Shown in pieces: positions 56,269 to 64,000 of a stretch of DNA of 64,000 nucleotides. Each line of letters starts with the position of its first letter. The first letter of the stretch is position 1. Below the pieces are notes generated by a model that saw only the letters and a program-made list of their open reading frames with translations, searched no databases and was not told the DNA's origin. A program made the position numbers and the translations under genes. Source of the stretch: an uncultured Syntrophomonadaceae bacterium (GTDB taxonomy: Bacteria > Bacillota > Dethiobacteria > DTU022 > PWGO01); contig CAZWVJ010000006.1 of NCBI GenBank assembly GCA_964636865.1, positions 24,882-88,881 of the forward strand. The letters are read 5' to 3'.

Positions 56269-57072
56269 TTACCTTTTGTACAACCACGAAAGGCCAAACA
56301 AAACGGTCATGGTAAGCACAATTGAAGCTCCCGAAGGAACATTGAGATAATATGAAATTACCAATCCCCCCAGGCAACCCATCATACCAACCACTACCGC
56401 AATAACAAGCAAAGAGCGGTAATGCCGGGAAAGTCGGTAACCTGTGGCAGCGGGAATGACCAGCAAAGCTGCAGCCAGTACTATACCCACCACCTGCACA
56501 GAAACCATTATGGTAACACCCACAGCTGCCATTAAAGCAAGATAAAGCGGAGTTACAGGCAGGCCACCAGCCACAGCCGCCTCTTCATCAAAACAAATGG
56601 CCAGCAACTCTCTAAAAAATAAAAGGAGGAAAGCCAGCACTACTACCATGGCTACAGCCAGAATAACGAGATCTTGCCGAGACACCGCCAGAATGTTTCC
56701 GAAAAGCAGGGAAAAAAGTTCAGGATAATACCCCCGGGCATAGCTGATAATCCCAATGCCCAAAGCCATACCGGAAGAAAAGAATATCCCGATGATGGTG
56801 TCTTCATTGATACGGGTACTACGGCTAATCTGACCGGTAATTACGGCTACAGCCACCGCAAAAATGCTGCCGGTAAAAACAGGACTTACACCCGAAACCA
56901 GCCCTATGGCAATGCCCCCCAGGGCAGAATGGGATACCCCTACCCCCAGAAAAGAAAGCCGCTTCATTACCACAAAAAAAGAAACTAAAGAACACAACAG
57001 CCCGATCATAATCGCAGCCAGCAAAGCATGTTGCATAAAAGTAAAAGAAAACATCTCAATCATGGTGTTCAT
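56269..57072 (-). CDS. znuB: Metal ABC transporter permease (ABC-3/ZnuB family)
   Basis: 267 aa polytopic membrane protein typical of ZnuB/MntB permeases. It overlaps the upstream ATPase gene by 17 nt. Confidence 0.8.
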   Translation of the reverse strand: MNTMIEMFSFTFMQHALLAAIMIGLLCSLVSFFVVMKRLSFLGVGVSHSALGGIAIGLVSGVSPVFTGSIFAVAVAVITGQISRSTRINEDTIIGIFFSSGMALGIGIISYARGYYPELFSLLFGNILAVSRQDLVILAVAMVVVLAFLLLFFRELLAICFDEEAAVAGGLPVTPLYLALMAAVGVTIMVSVQVVGIVLAAALLVIPAATGYRLSRHYRSLLVIAVVVGMMGCLGGLVISYYLNVPSGASIVLTMTVLFGLSWLYKR

Positions 57073-57805
57073 CTCCCGCCCTTAAATAGTCAAATTGGCA
57101 TTGATACGCATCCTCCAGTTGGGAGCTATGCAAAACATCCGCCGGGTTGCCGTGAATATGCATATACCTGTTAATACATATTAACGAAGTGGCATAAGGG
57201 ATTATGCCGGTGAGTTCATGATAGATAAGCAAAACGGTCATTTGACGTTCTCGCTTCAAGCGGTCCAACAGCTCCATGAAAGATTGTTTGGCCGGAAAAT
57301 CCAGGCCGGCTACCGGTTCATCCAGGAAAAGAATGCGAGGCTGATGAACCATGGCTCTGGCCAAAAGGACCCGCTGCTGCTCTCCTCCGGAAAGTTCCGG
57401 GAAAGGACGGTTGATATAGTTTTCCATCCCCACATCCCTTAACACTTCTTTAACCTTAAGTTCAAGGTTTTTAGACCTCTGTAAAATAGCAGGCGTTTTC
57501 AGGGAAAGAAGTCCCATGGAGACCACATCTCTCACCGAAACGGGGAAACGCTGCTCGTAAGTATGACGCTGGGGCAAGTAACCGATAATATTTTTTGTTT
57601 TCCCAAGTTGATGGGCCGGTTTACCCAGTATCAAAACCCTGCCACTGCGTGTTGGTATTAAACCCAGTAACATCCGCAAAAGAGTGGTCTTCCCTGCTCC
57701 ATTAGGGCCGATTATACCTACTACATCTCCTTGATTGACCTGAAAATTAATATCACTTAAGACCTCTTTCTTGTTTAATTCTACATAGGCGTTTTCTACT
57801 GAAAT
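57056..57805 (-). CDS. znuC: Metal ABC transporter ATP-binding protein (ZnuC-like); the start codon is unresolved
   Basis: Walker A GPNGAGKTTL, signature LSGGEQQRV and Walker B LFLDEP. The reading frame is open upstream to a stop at 57884-57886. The only ATG/GTG/TTG in that stretch is the TTG at 57679 chosen by the track, and it lies inside the Walker A motif. The upper coordinate given here is a provisional ATT codon (encoding LISVENAYVEL...). Confidence 0.55.
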   Translation of the reverse strand: MSVENAYVELNKKEVLSDINFQVNQGDVVGIIGPNGAGKTTLLRMLLGLIPTRSGRVLILGKPAHQLGKTKNIIGYLPQRHTYEQRFPVSVRDVVSMGLLSLKTPAILQRSKNLELKVKEVLRDVGMENYINRPFPELSGGEQQRVLLARAMVHQPRILFLDEPVAGLDFPAKQSFMELLDRLKRERQMTVLLIYHELTGIIPYATSLICINRYMHIHGNPADVLHSSQLEDAYQCQFDYLRAGDEHHD

Positions 57806-58165
57806 GAGCGGGGTATAATCTTTGTCTTTAGGTATCTTAAAAGCAGCGATAAAAAACTCCCCTCTCCAAATATAATCATGATTTCACAACCAGCCGTTCA
57901 TCCATTTAATATTAACAATTCTAACTATTAAAAGCAAAGGAACCGATTATGCTGGGAGTGCGGTTAATATAGCTGCCAAAGGGTTCTTTTTATTTATTAT
58001 TCCCATTTATCTACTAAAATTATACACACCCAATATGCGCCCACTCAGCACCTTCCTAATAATGAAAACTTCCATTGTTACCATAGGGATATTTCAAGTG
58101 GGGATAGAGATTATCTCATCAATTTTCCAGGCCTGATTTCAATGCCCTTTGCATTTGCAATAGGA

Positions 58166-59149
58166 TCACCCGGGAAGAAGTCGATACATCGCTGCAGCTG
58201 CTCTCCGGATAACCTCCACCTTTCGCGAACGTAGAGGCATCCGGGGGTATGCGCCGGAAACTACTTCCAACCACTTTTCCGGATTAGATGCATTAAGTAT
58301 TCCTTCCAGGCTAAATATAGCAATGTCTTGGACGCCTGCTTCCAGGGCAGCTTCAATATCCGGAAGCATTTCTTCCGGATATTGATAATAAGGCTCATTT
58401 CCCAATTTTCCGGTGGAAGTCAGCCCCACCGAAACAGCAGCCCGTTTTCCCAATACAGCCTTTATATTCAAGCAAAGCAAATAAAGATACCAGCGCGCAT
58501 CTCCGAGGCTAATAAATTCCCGGGACATCCCCGTAATCAAAGTATTGTACTGCATAAAAGAAATAACATCCCAATTTACAGGGCTTAAAGGGGTTTCCAG
58601 GTAATCCTGTAATTTCACCGATCCTTTCATAATATCGATTTCCAGCAGAGGAATGGCGGGGACAATAGTTTGGCACCCTTGCATCATAATATAATCTTGC
58701 AAATCTCGATATGTTTCAACTGCCCGATTAAAGCGCTCCCGGTTTCTGTTAGAATTGAAAATTTGCCACATCTTGCCGGCTTTTTGTAACCCCTCAGCAC
58801 TGCTGATCTCTGTGTGTTGATAATAAGGGGGTTCCAAATCTACTGCCAGCCAAGGAATTTTCACCCCTTCTTTATCCGCCCATTTAAAAATCTCTTTTAC
58901 ATAAGACGCAAACTCTTCGCAGTTTCTTTCGTTGGGCCAGTAACCTTGCTCATCGCTCATAGTCGGCCATAAGGCAGGTTCAAGTCCTGCGTCCCTATAT
59001 TTTCTCATAAGCTTTGCATAATCTTTCCCCAAATTACCGCGGGAAACAGCAATGCAGGGATTTACTCCATAATGCTGCAGTAGATATACTACTTCCGACT
59101 TGATTAACTCACCCGGGGGAAGAAATTCCGCCCACGCCCTCAAGATCAT
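58166..59149 (-). CDS. Hypothetical protein (possibly glycoside-hydrolase-like TIM barrel)
   Basis: 327 aa. No recognisable signature motif. Alternating beta/alpha character. Function unknown. Confidence 0.35.
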   Translation of the reverse strand: MILRAWAEFLPPGELIKSEVVYLLQHYGVNPCIAVSRGNLGKDYAKLMRKYRDAGLEPALWPTMSDEQGYWPNERNCEEFASYVKEIFKWADKEGVKIPWLAVDLEPPYYQHTEISSAEGLQKAGKMWQIFNSNRNRERFNRAVETYRDLQDYIMMQGCQTIVPAIPLLEIDIMKGSVKLQDYLETPLSPVNWDVISFMQYNTLITGMSREFISLGDARWYLYLLCLNIKAVLGKRAAVSVGLTSTGKLGNEPYYQYPEEMLPDIEAALEAGVQDIAIFSLEGILNASNPEKWLEVVSGAYPRMPLRSRKVEVIRRAAAAMYRLLPG

Positions 59150-59584
59150 GCTTCATTTTCTCCATTCCTACTAGGATAAGTTTTAATAAGTTTTAATTTT
59201 TTGTATTTGATTATTATATTTGAATATTAACGCAATATTTTTACATAATATTTATTGGAAAACCGGGATTTATAAATCATTTTAAAGTAATTCGAGTAAT
59301 TGCAAATAATATCCTGCCGGGCTTACTCGCATAACTTTAACCAGGTTTTCCCCTTTAACCGGATTCAAGTAGGGAAAAAGTGCTCAAAAAAAGCATTAAA
59401 AAGTCATTAATAATACATAATATTTGGGTGTGTATAATTTTAATCAATAAACAGGAATAGTAAATGAAAAGAGATCTCCGGCGGCTATTTAAACCGTACT
59501 CCCCGTAAAAAGCCTGAAGAGGGCTCAAAAGTTTCTTCAAGCACTACGGATAGTCCTGCTATTACTGCAGGAATTTTGACTTAA

Positions 59585-59613
59585 TTGACAACACCGGTTT
59601 TTAATTTTAAAAT
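59585..59613 (+). promoter_or_regulatory. Sigma-70-like promoter for the GerMN lipoprotein gene
   Basis: -35 TTGACA at 59585-59590, a 17-nt spacer and -10 TAAAAT at 59608-59613. It lies about 100 nt upstream of ATG 59717. Confidence 0.4.
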
Positions 59614-59716
59614 ATAGTGGCACCGATAATTAGAAGTAAGAATATGTAAGCTTTTACTTATAAATCTAAAACAGAAATAAGAAAATTTACACTCTACTCT
59701 AAAGGAAGTGAAGGAA

Positions 59717-60349
59717 ATGTATCTTAAGAAATGTACGAAAACAAAATTATTCTTTATTTCTTTAATTACCGTCTTTTTTCTTTTTACCGTATGCACCGGC
59801 TGTGATGAGAATGATATAAGTGATGAATTTGCTCACGATAGTAATGAATTTACCCATGATACCGAAGATGAAGAACCTATTATTCAGTTTGATGAAGAAG
59901 ATGAGTTAACTTTAACTGTAAAGGTTTTTTTCGGAGATAAAGAAGCAATAGAAGCAGACAAACCGGATGAATATGAATATGTGAGCCCGGTTTACCGCCG
60001 CATACCTTTTACTCCCGATATCGACAAAGCCATGCACAAAACCGTAGAAAGCCTCATTGAAGGCCCAAAATCGGAAGAAGAGAACAAAGTAGCTATAATA
60101 TCCGACAAAGCAAAAGTTCTTGACATTAAGCGAGAAGATAATACCGTTATTATTAATTTTTCTGAAGAAGTTTTAACAGATGCCCCTACCGATAACAGTC
60201 AAAGAGGCACTACTTTTCAGGAATCCATAGTATTCACCTTAACCCAATTTCCCACTGTTGATAATGTACTTGTAGAAGTGGAAGGTGAACCCTGGAATCA
60301 AGAGGGACGTTCAGTATGGGAAGATCCTCTTAGTCGAGATAGTTTCTAG
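59717..60349 (+). CDS. GerMN-domain lipoprotein (sporulation/germination-associated family)
   Basis: Lipobox FTVCTGC. The acidic N-terminal linker is followed by GerMN-like segments (...TVESLIEGPKSEEENK...VLDIKREDNTVIINFSEEV...VDNVLVEVEGEPW). The start is ATG 59717, with AAAGGAAG 8 nt upstream. The track start is a GTG. Confidence 0.55.
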   Translation: MYLKKCTKTKLFFISLITVFFLFTVCTGCDENDISDEFAHDSNEFTHDTEDEEPIIQFDEEDELTLTVKVFFGDKEAIEADKPDEYEYVSPVYRRIPFTPDIDKAMHKTVESLIEGPKSEEENKVAIISDKAKVLDIKREDNTVIINFSEEVLTDAPTDNSQRGTTFQESIVFTLTQFPTVDNVLVEVEGEPWNQEGRSVWEDPLSRDSF

Positions 60350-60481
60350 ATTTCATAATAATTATAGATCGTCATTCATTTTTGTTTGATGCCATGTAAC
60401 ATTTTTTATAAGTTATTTTTCACGAAAAAATATTTACATAATAGCAAGCCAGCGGGATAGATACCGGGAGTTTTCCGAAAG

Positions 60482-61231
60482 TTAATATACCTCCCCTCCA
60501 GGTGAATAATCCGGCCAATTTACCATTTGGTCGGGTTTTTGGTGTACCACAGCTCCGTCTTCCCGCCAAAAGTCCCAGTTTTCTTGAGAAATTTTCCAAT
60601 TACCATAACGAAACTGCAAGTATTCATCCCATTTCTCAGGAATAAATACCTCAAAATTTTCATCATAAATAATATGATCAAAAAAATGCGCTGGTATCCA
60701 CCAGGTAGCCACCACGCGCCGTACATTCCAAGGCCACCTGCTAATATCTGTAGTGACAAGCTTATTACGAACCCTCCGGCGTACACCGTTAAACAAAAAG
60801 TATATATACTGACTTCCCCGAAAAGAAAAAGGATTGCCAATTGCTTTACTGGCAGGGCACCAGGCCCAATCTCCATACCTCCGAAAAAACATTATATGCA
60901 CAGGTATTTTATGCGGATGTAAAAAACGGTATTGATAAACCAATCCTTTGTAACACCAAATTGTAACATTATACCCTTCAGATTTAAAAACAGGTAAAAT
61001 GTCATATAATATTTTTTCATTCTCAATCCACATTTGAATATCTATATCTTTTTCATTGTCAAATAATTTTCCTTCCCGCATCAATGCCAAAAGAACTCCA
61101 CTATCTATACTATAAGGAACCTCATAATTATTTAATATTTGGGTAAATGAAAGATATTCAACGTTTTTTTTCTGTTTGTTCCTGTTCATAAGCAGCTTAT
61201 TCATAAAAGAGGTAACTCCTAACTCTTTCAA
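60482..61231 (-). CDS. LicD-family nucleotidyltransferase-fold protein (phosphocholine/phosphoalditol transferase-like)
   Basis: 249 aa. ...GVLLALMREGKLFDNEKDIDIQMW... matches the LicD motif GxLLGxxRHxGFIPWDDDIDI. Confidence 0.55.
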   Translation of the reverse strand: MKELGVTSFMNKLLMNRNKQKKNVEYLSFTQILNNYEVPYSIDSGVLLALMREGKLFDNEKDIDIQMWIENEKILYDILPVFKSEGYNVTIWCYKGLVYQYRFLHPHKIPVHIMFFRRYGDWAWCPASKAIGNPFSFRGSQYIYFLFNGVRRRVRNKLVTTDISRWPWNVRRVVATWWIPAHFFDHIIYDENFEVFIPEKWDEYLQFRYGNWKISQENWDFWREDGAVVHQKPDQMVNWPDYSPGGEVY

Positions 61232-61543
61232 AATTTAATTATGATATTTTAAACAAAAGAAGTTTAAAATTGACTCATCTATATATTATAATAAATTATA
61301 ACTATTAGTAAAAATTAATTTAGTTATTTGGCAACTGAACATTTTGTATCCGGACAAAGTTAATCACAATCTGCAACATATTTCAATATTGAGTAATATA
61401 ATGATTTAAGGAAAAATAGACATGATAGGGTAAGTTTTAGGAGAACATTGGCAAGCTAAAATATTCCGTAATTCTTAAAATAACGGAGATAATTAAATAT
61501 ATTTTTCAAAAAAATGGGATAGGAGGGCTAACTAAACACCCAA

Positions 61544-63967
61544 ATGAAAGAAATAAAAAAAGCGGAAAAAAGAATCAATTCCCTGCAGTATAAATTAATG
61601 AATTTGGGATTTACCTCCCGTGCTCCTTCAGATCTAAAAAAAATAATTGAAAACACTTACAGTCAATATGAAAAAAGGTTAGCTGCAAGATTGCTCACCC
61701 TATGGTACAGCGGCCTACGCTCAGAAGAAGGAGCCAGGAAATGCCTGGAAATTCTTCCTCTGGCATTAGATGGAGAAACCGATTCTGAAATTAGGTGGAA
61801 AACAGCAATCATGGAGGCCGAATGCCTGGAAGTGCTAAAAAATACCGATCAGGCTAAAATGGTTATTAGCCGGGAGCTTGCCACCCATGAAAACGCTAAC
61901 TTGTACCTGGCCGCTGCAAACCTTGAACCTTCCATATTCAAGCGCATAGAGTGGATAAACAAAGCCCTGGCCCTTTATGAACTCTCTCCTATTACCTGTA
62001 AACCTTCTAAAGAAATAGATGCTTTTGATTGTTTACACCCAGAGTACTTTCAAACAAATATGCCTAAAATAAAAATGGATGAAACCACACCCAAAGTATC
62101 AGTAATTCTCCCTGTTTATAATGCGCAAAGAATAATAAAAACTGCATTAAACTCCCTGCTTTCTCAAACCTGGGGCAATTTAGAAATTCTGGTGGTAGAT
62201 GATGGCAGTGATGATGCCACTTCCCAAATAGTAGAAGATCATTCTAACCATGACTCCAGAATAAATTTAATAGAAAATAAAGAAAACAAAGGACCATATG
62301 TGGCAAGAAACACTGCTCTTAGTTTAGCCACGGGTGATTTGGTTTGCTGCCATGATGCCGATGATTGGTCTCATCCCCAAATGATAGAAAAACAAGTTTT
62401 GCATTTGATGCAAAATCCTGATGTTATGGCCAATACTTCTCAACAAGCGCGAGTAAGCCCTGAATTAAAATTTCATAGGCGTTATAGATATGGTTATTAC
62501 GTGCTTAATAATTTACCTTCATTTATGTTCCGGCGCAAACCAATAATGGAAGCCCTCGGATACTGGGACAGTATTCGATTTAGCGCTGATTCAGAACTCA
62601 TGCGCCGCATTAAAAAAGTATTTGGCAAAAATACGGTAGTAAATTTGCATACAGGGCCTCTTTGTTTCCAACGCCAGCACGAAAGTTCTCTCACAGGTAA
62701 TAAATATTTTGGAGCAGAATATTACTACTTTGGGGCAAGAAAGGAATATTACGAAGCTCAGCTTTATCATCACAAGCATGCGCCTTCACTTAATTATGAG
62801 TTTCCCCAGTTTGAACGCCCCTTTCCCGTCCCCGAACCCATGTGGCCAATCCGCGAAATAAGCAATTCTAAAAAACGGCATTTTGATATAGTTTACGCAG
62901 CTGACTTTCGTGTTTCCGATAGTAATACCAGAAGTATAGAAGAAGAAATTAAAGCCCAGAAAAACAAAGGCCTGCGGACCGGCCTGATTCAAATGGCCCG
63001 TTACCACATTAAACCCCAAAAACATATTGCCCCTTTAATAAGAGAATTGATTGACGGGGATAAGGTACAGATCCTGGTTTACGGTGAAGAAATTACCTGC
63101 GAACTATTATTTATATACGGACCAACCGTTCTTCAGGAATGGCAGAAATATATACCCCGGATAGAAGCAAAAAAAATCCACGTTATTGCAGACAAACCTC
63201 CGGCAGCATCAAAAAACAACTTAAACAAACCGGTTAAAACAGGTTATATTTTTAACCACTGCCAACAGCAGCTACAAGACTATTTTAGCAATAATGGCAT
63301 CTGGCACCCAATAAGTCCTTTAATAAGAAAAGCTTTACTTAAAAAACCTGAGGATTTTAATTCGGCAAGTTTAAGTGATAAAGATTGGCTGCCCGTTATT
63401 GATGTAAACCGGTGGCAGCGCGAATCCACTAAATGGCGCGGGGAAAAAATAATTATTGGCAGGTATTCCCAAAATCAAAAAAACAAATGGCCTGCTGACC
63501 CGGAAACTTTGCTTAAAGTTTATCCTGAAGACGACCAGTATGAAATCCATATTCTGGGAGGAGTTAAGGTGCCCAGGCGCATCCTGGGAGGTAAATTACC
63601 TGCAAACTGGCATGTTTTTAAATCAGGGAAAATATTGCCTGAAGATTTTTTGGCCAACCTGGATATTTTTGTATATTATCCTCATCCCCAAAAGGCCTTT
63701 ACCACGGGAAGGGCTATTTTAGAAGCCATGGCTTCAGGTGTGCCTGTGATATGCCCGCCGCTTTTTTGTGAGTTATTTGGTGATGCCCCCATTTACGCAG
63801 AACCTTCAGAAGTCAAAATGTATATTGATTGGCTGTCAAACGATAGCTCAGCCTATGAAGCTAGAACAGCCAGGGCAAAACAATTTGTGCAAGATCATTT
63901 TAACCCGAACAAACATCTTTCAAGATTACACTGCCTGCAAAAGGGTAATTCTTTATTTCATAAATAA
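61544..63967 (+). CDS. Large multidomain glycosyltransferase: helical N-terminal region + GT2 (GT-A) domain + C-terminal GT4-like (GT-B) domain
   Basis: 807 aa. GT2 motifs VSVILPVYNAQRII...ILVVDDGSDDAT...HDADD. The C-terminus has ...TTGRAILEAMASGVPVICPP, typical of group-1 glycosyltransferases. Confidence 0.7.
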   Translation: MKEIKKAEKRINSLQYKLMNLGFTSRAPSDLKKIIENTYSQYEKRLAARLLTLWYSGLRSEEGARKCLEILPLALDGETDSEIRWKTAIMEAECLEVLKNTDQAKMVISRELATHENANLYLAAANLEPSIFKRIEWINKALALYELSPITCKPSKEIDAFDCLHPEYFQTNMPKIKMDETTPKVSVILPVYNAQRIIKTALNSLLSQTWGNLEILVVDDGSDDATSQIVEDHSNHDSRINLIENKENKGPYVARNTALSLATGDLVCCHDADDWSHPQMIEKQVLHLMQNPDVMANTSQQARVSPELKFHRRYRYGYYVLNNLPSFMFRRKPIMEALGYWDSIRFSADSELMRRIKKVFGKNTVVNLHTGPLCFQRQHESSLTGNKYFGAEYYYFGARKEYYEAQLYHHKHAPSLNYEFPQFERPFPVPEPMWPIREISNSKKRHFDIVYAADFRVSDSNTRSIEEEIKAQKNKGLRTGLIQMARYHIKPQKHIAPLIRELIDGDKVQILVYGEEITCELLFIYGPTVLQEWQKYIPRIEAKKIHVIADKPPAASKNNLNKPVKTGYIFNHCQQQLQDYFSNNGIWHPISPLIRKALLKKPEDFNSASLSDKDWLPVIDVNRWQRESTKWRGEKIIIGRYSQNQKNKWPADPETLLKVYPEDDQYEIHILGGVKVPRRILGGKLPANWHVFKSGKILPEDFLANLDIFVYYPHPQKAFTTGRAILEAMASGVPVICPPLFCELFGDAPIYAEPSEVKMYIDWLSNDSSAYEARTARAKQFVQDHFNPNKHLSRLHCLQKGNSLFHK

Positions 63968-64000
63968 ACCAAAAATAATTATATTTCTTTTATTTACAAT

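Noticed and set aside
1-64000. CRISPR arrays, transposases, rRNA, restriction-modification or recognisable defence-system genes
   Set aside because: Scanned all six frames and the intergenic regions. No spaced direct repeats, no DDE/tyrosine-transposase-like ORFs other than xerC, no nuclease/helicase/methyltransferase signatures and no rRNA-like segments were seen.

Overview
This 64-kb window is almost entirely chromosomal housekeeping DNA from a low-GC Gram-positive anaerobe (Firmicutes/Clostridia-like; about 43% GC). It is densely coding, mostly on the minus strand, and contains one tRNA-Leu(CAG). I found no CRISPR array, no transposase and no phage block.

The window starts in the conserved xerC-trmFO-topA-dprA neighbourhood. 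Moving rightwards it contains:
- kamA (lysine 2,3-aminomutase).
- A pantothenate operon (DUF2520 reductase-panB-panC-panD).
- Three tandem M42 (TET-type) aminopeptidase paralogues followed by a MetE-C-terminal-like protein, cimA and a DUF362/ferredoxin protein.
- A Dpp/Nik-type ABC importer led by an FmdE-family zinc-finger protein.
- fba, then small zinc-ribbon proteins (an FmdB-like protein and a DUF4282 membrane protein).
- Two paralogous CWB2-repeat cell-wall hydrolases (a glucosaminidase and an amidase) sharing an approximately 0.9-kb direct repeat, next to tRNA-Leu.
- A DagK-like lipid kinase, an SPFH/NfeD pair, ndk and speE/speH.
- An anchored 5'-nucleotidase, an epimerase, a phosphoesterase and a nitroreductase.
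- An S8 subtilase carrying LRR and a C-terminal type-I dockerin.
- A cell-wall glycopolymer block (LCP, ugd, GT2).
- An acyl-CoA ligase.
- A zinc locus (znuC-znuB-Fur-family regulator-znuA).
- An unassigned TIM-barrel-like protein, a GerMN lipoprotein, LicD and a large GT2+GT4 glycosyltransferase.

The most unusual content is the module fused to the zinc locus: an FtsX-family ABC permease carrying an approximately 100-residue His/Asp/Glu-rich periplasmic insert, together with its ATPase, an acidic CxxC lipoprotein and a Lys-tailed membrane protein. The module is bracketed by copies of a short palindromic terminator-like element. Other points worth a second look are the missing canonical start codon of znuC, the FmdE-led transporter with an operator-like palindrome, the triple M42 peptidase array, and the dockerin on a protease.

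All calls are from motif-level reading of the supplied translations and sequence. No database searches were run.
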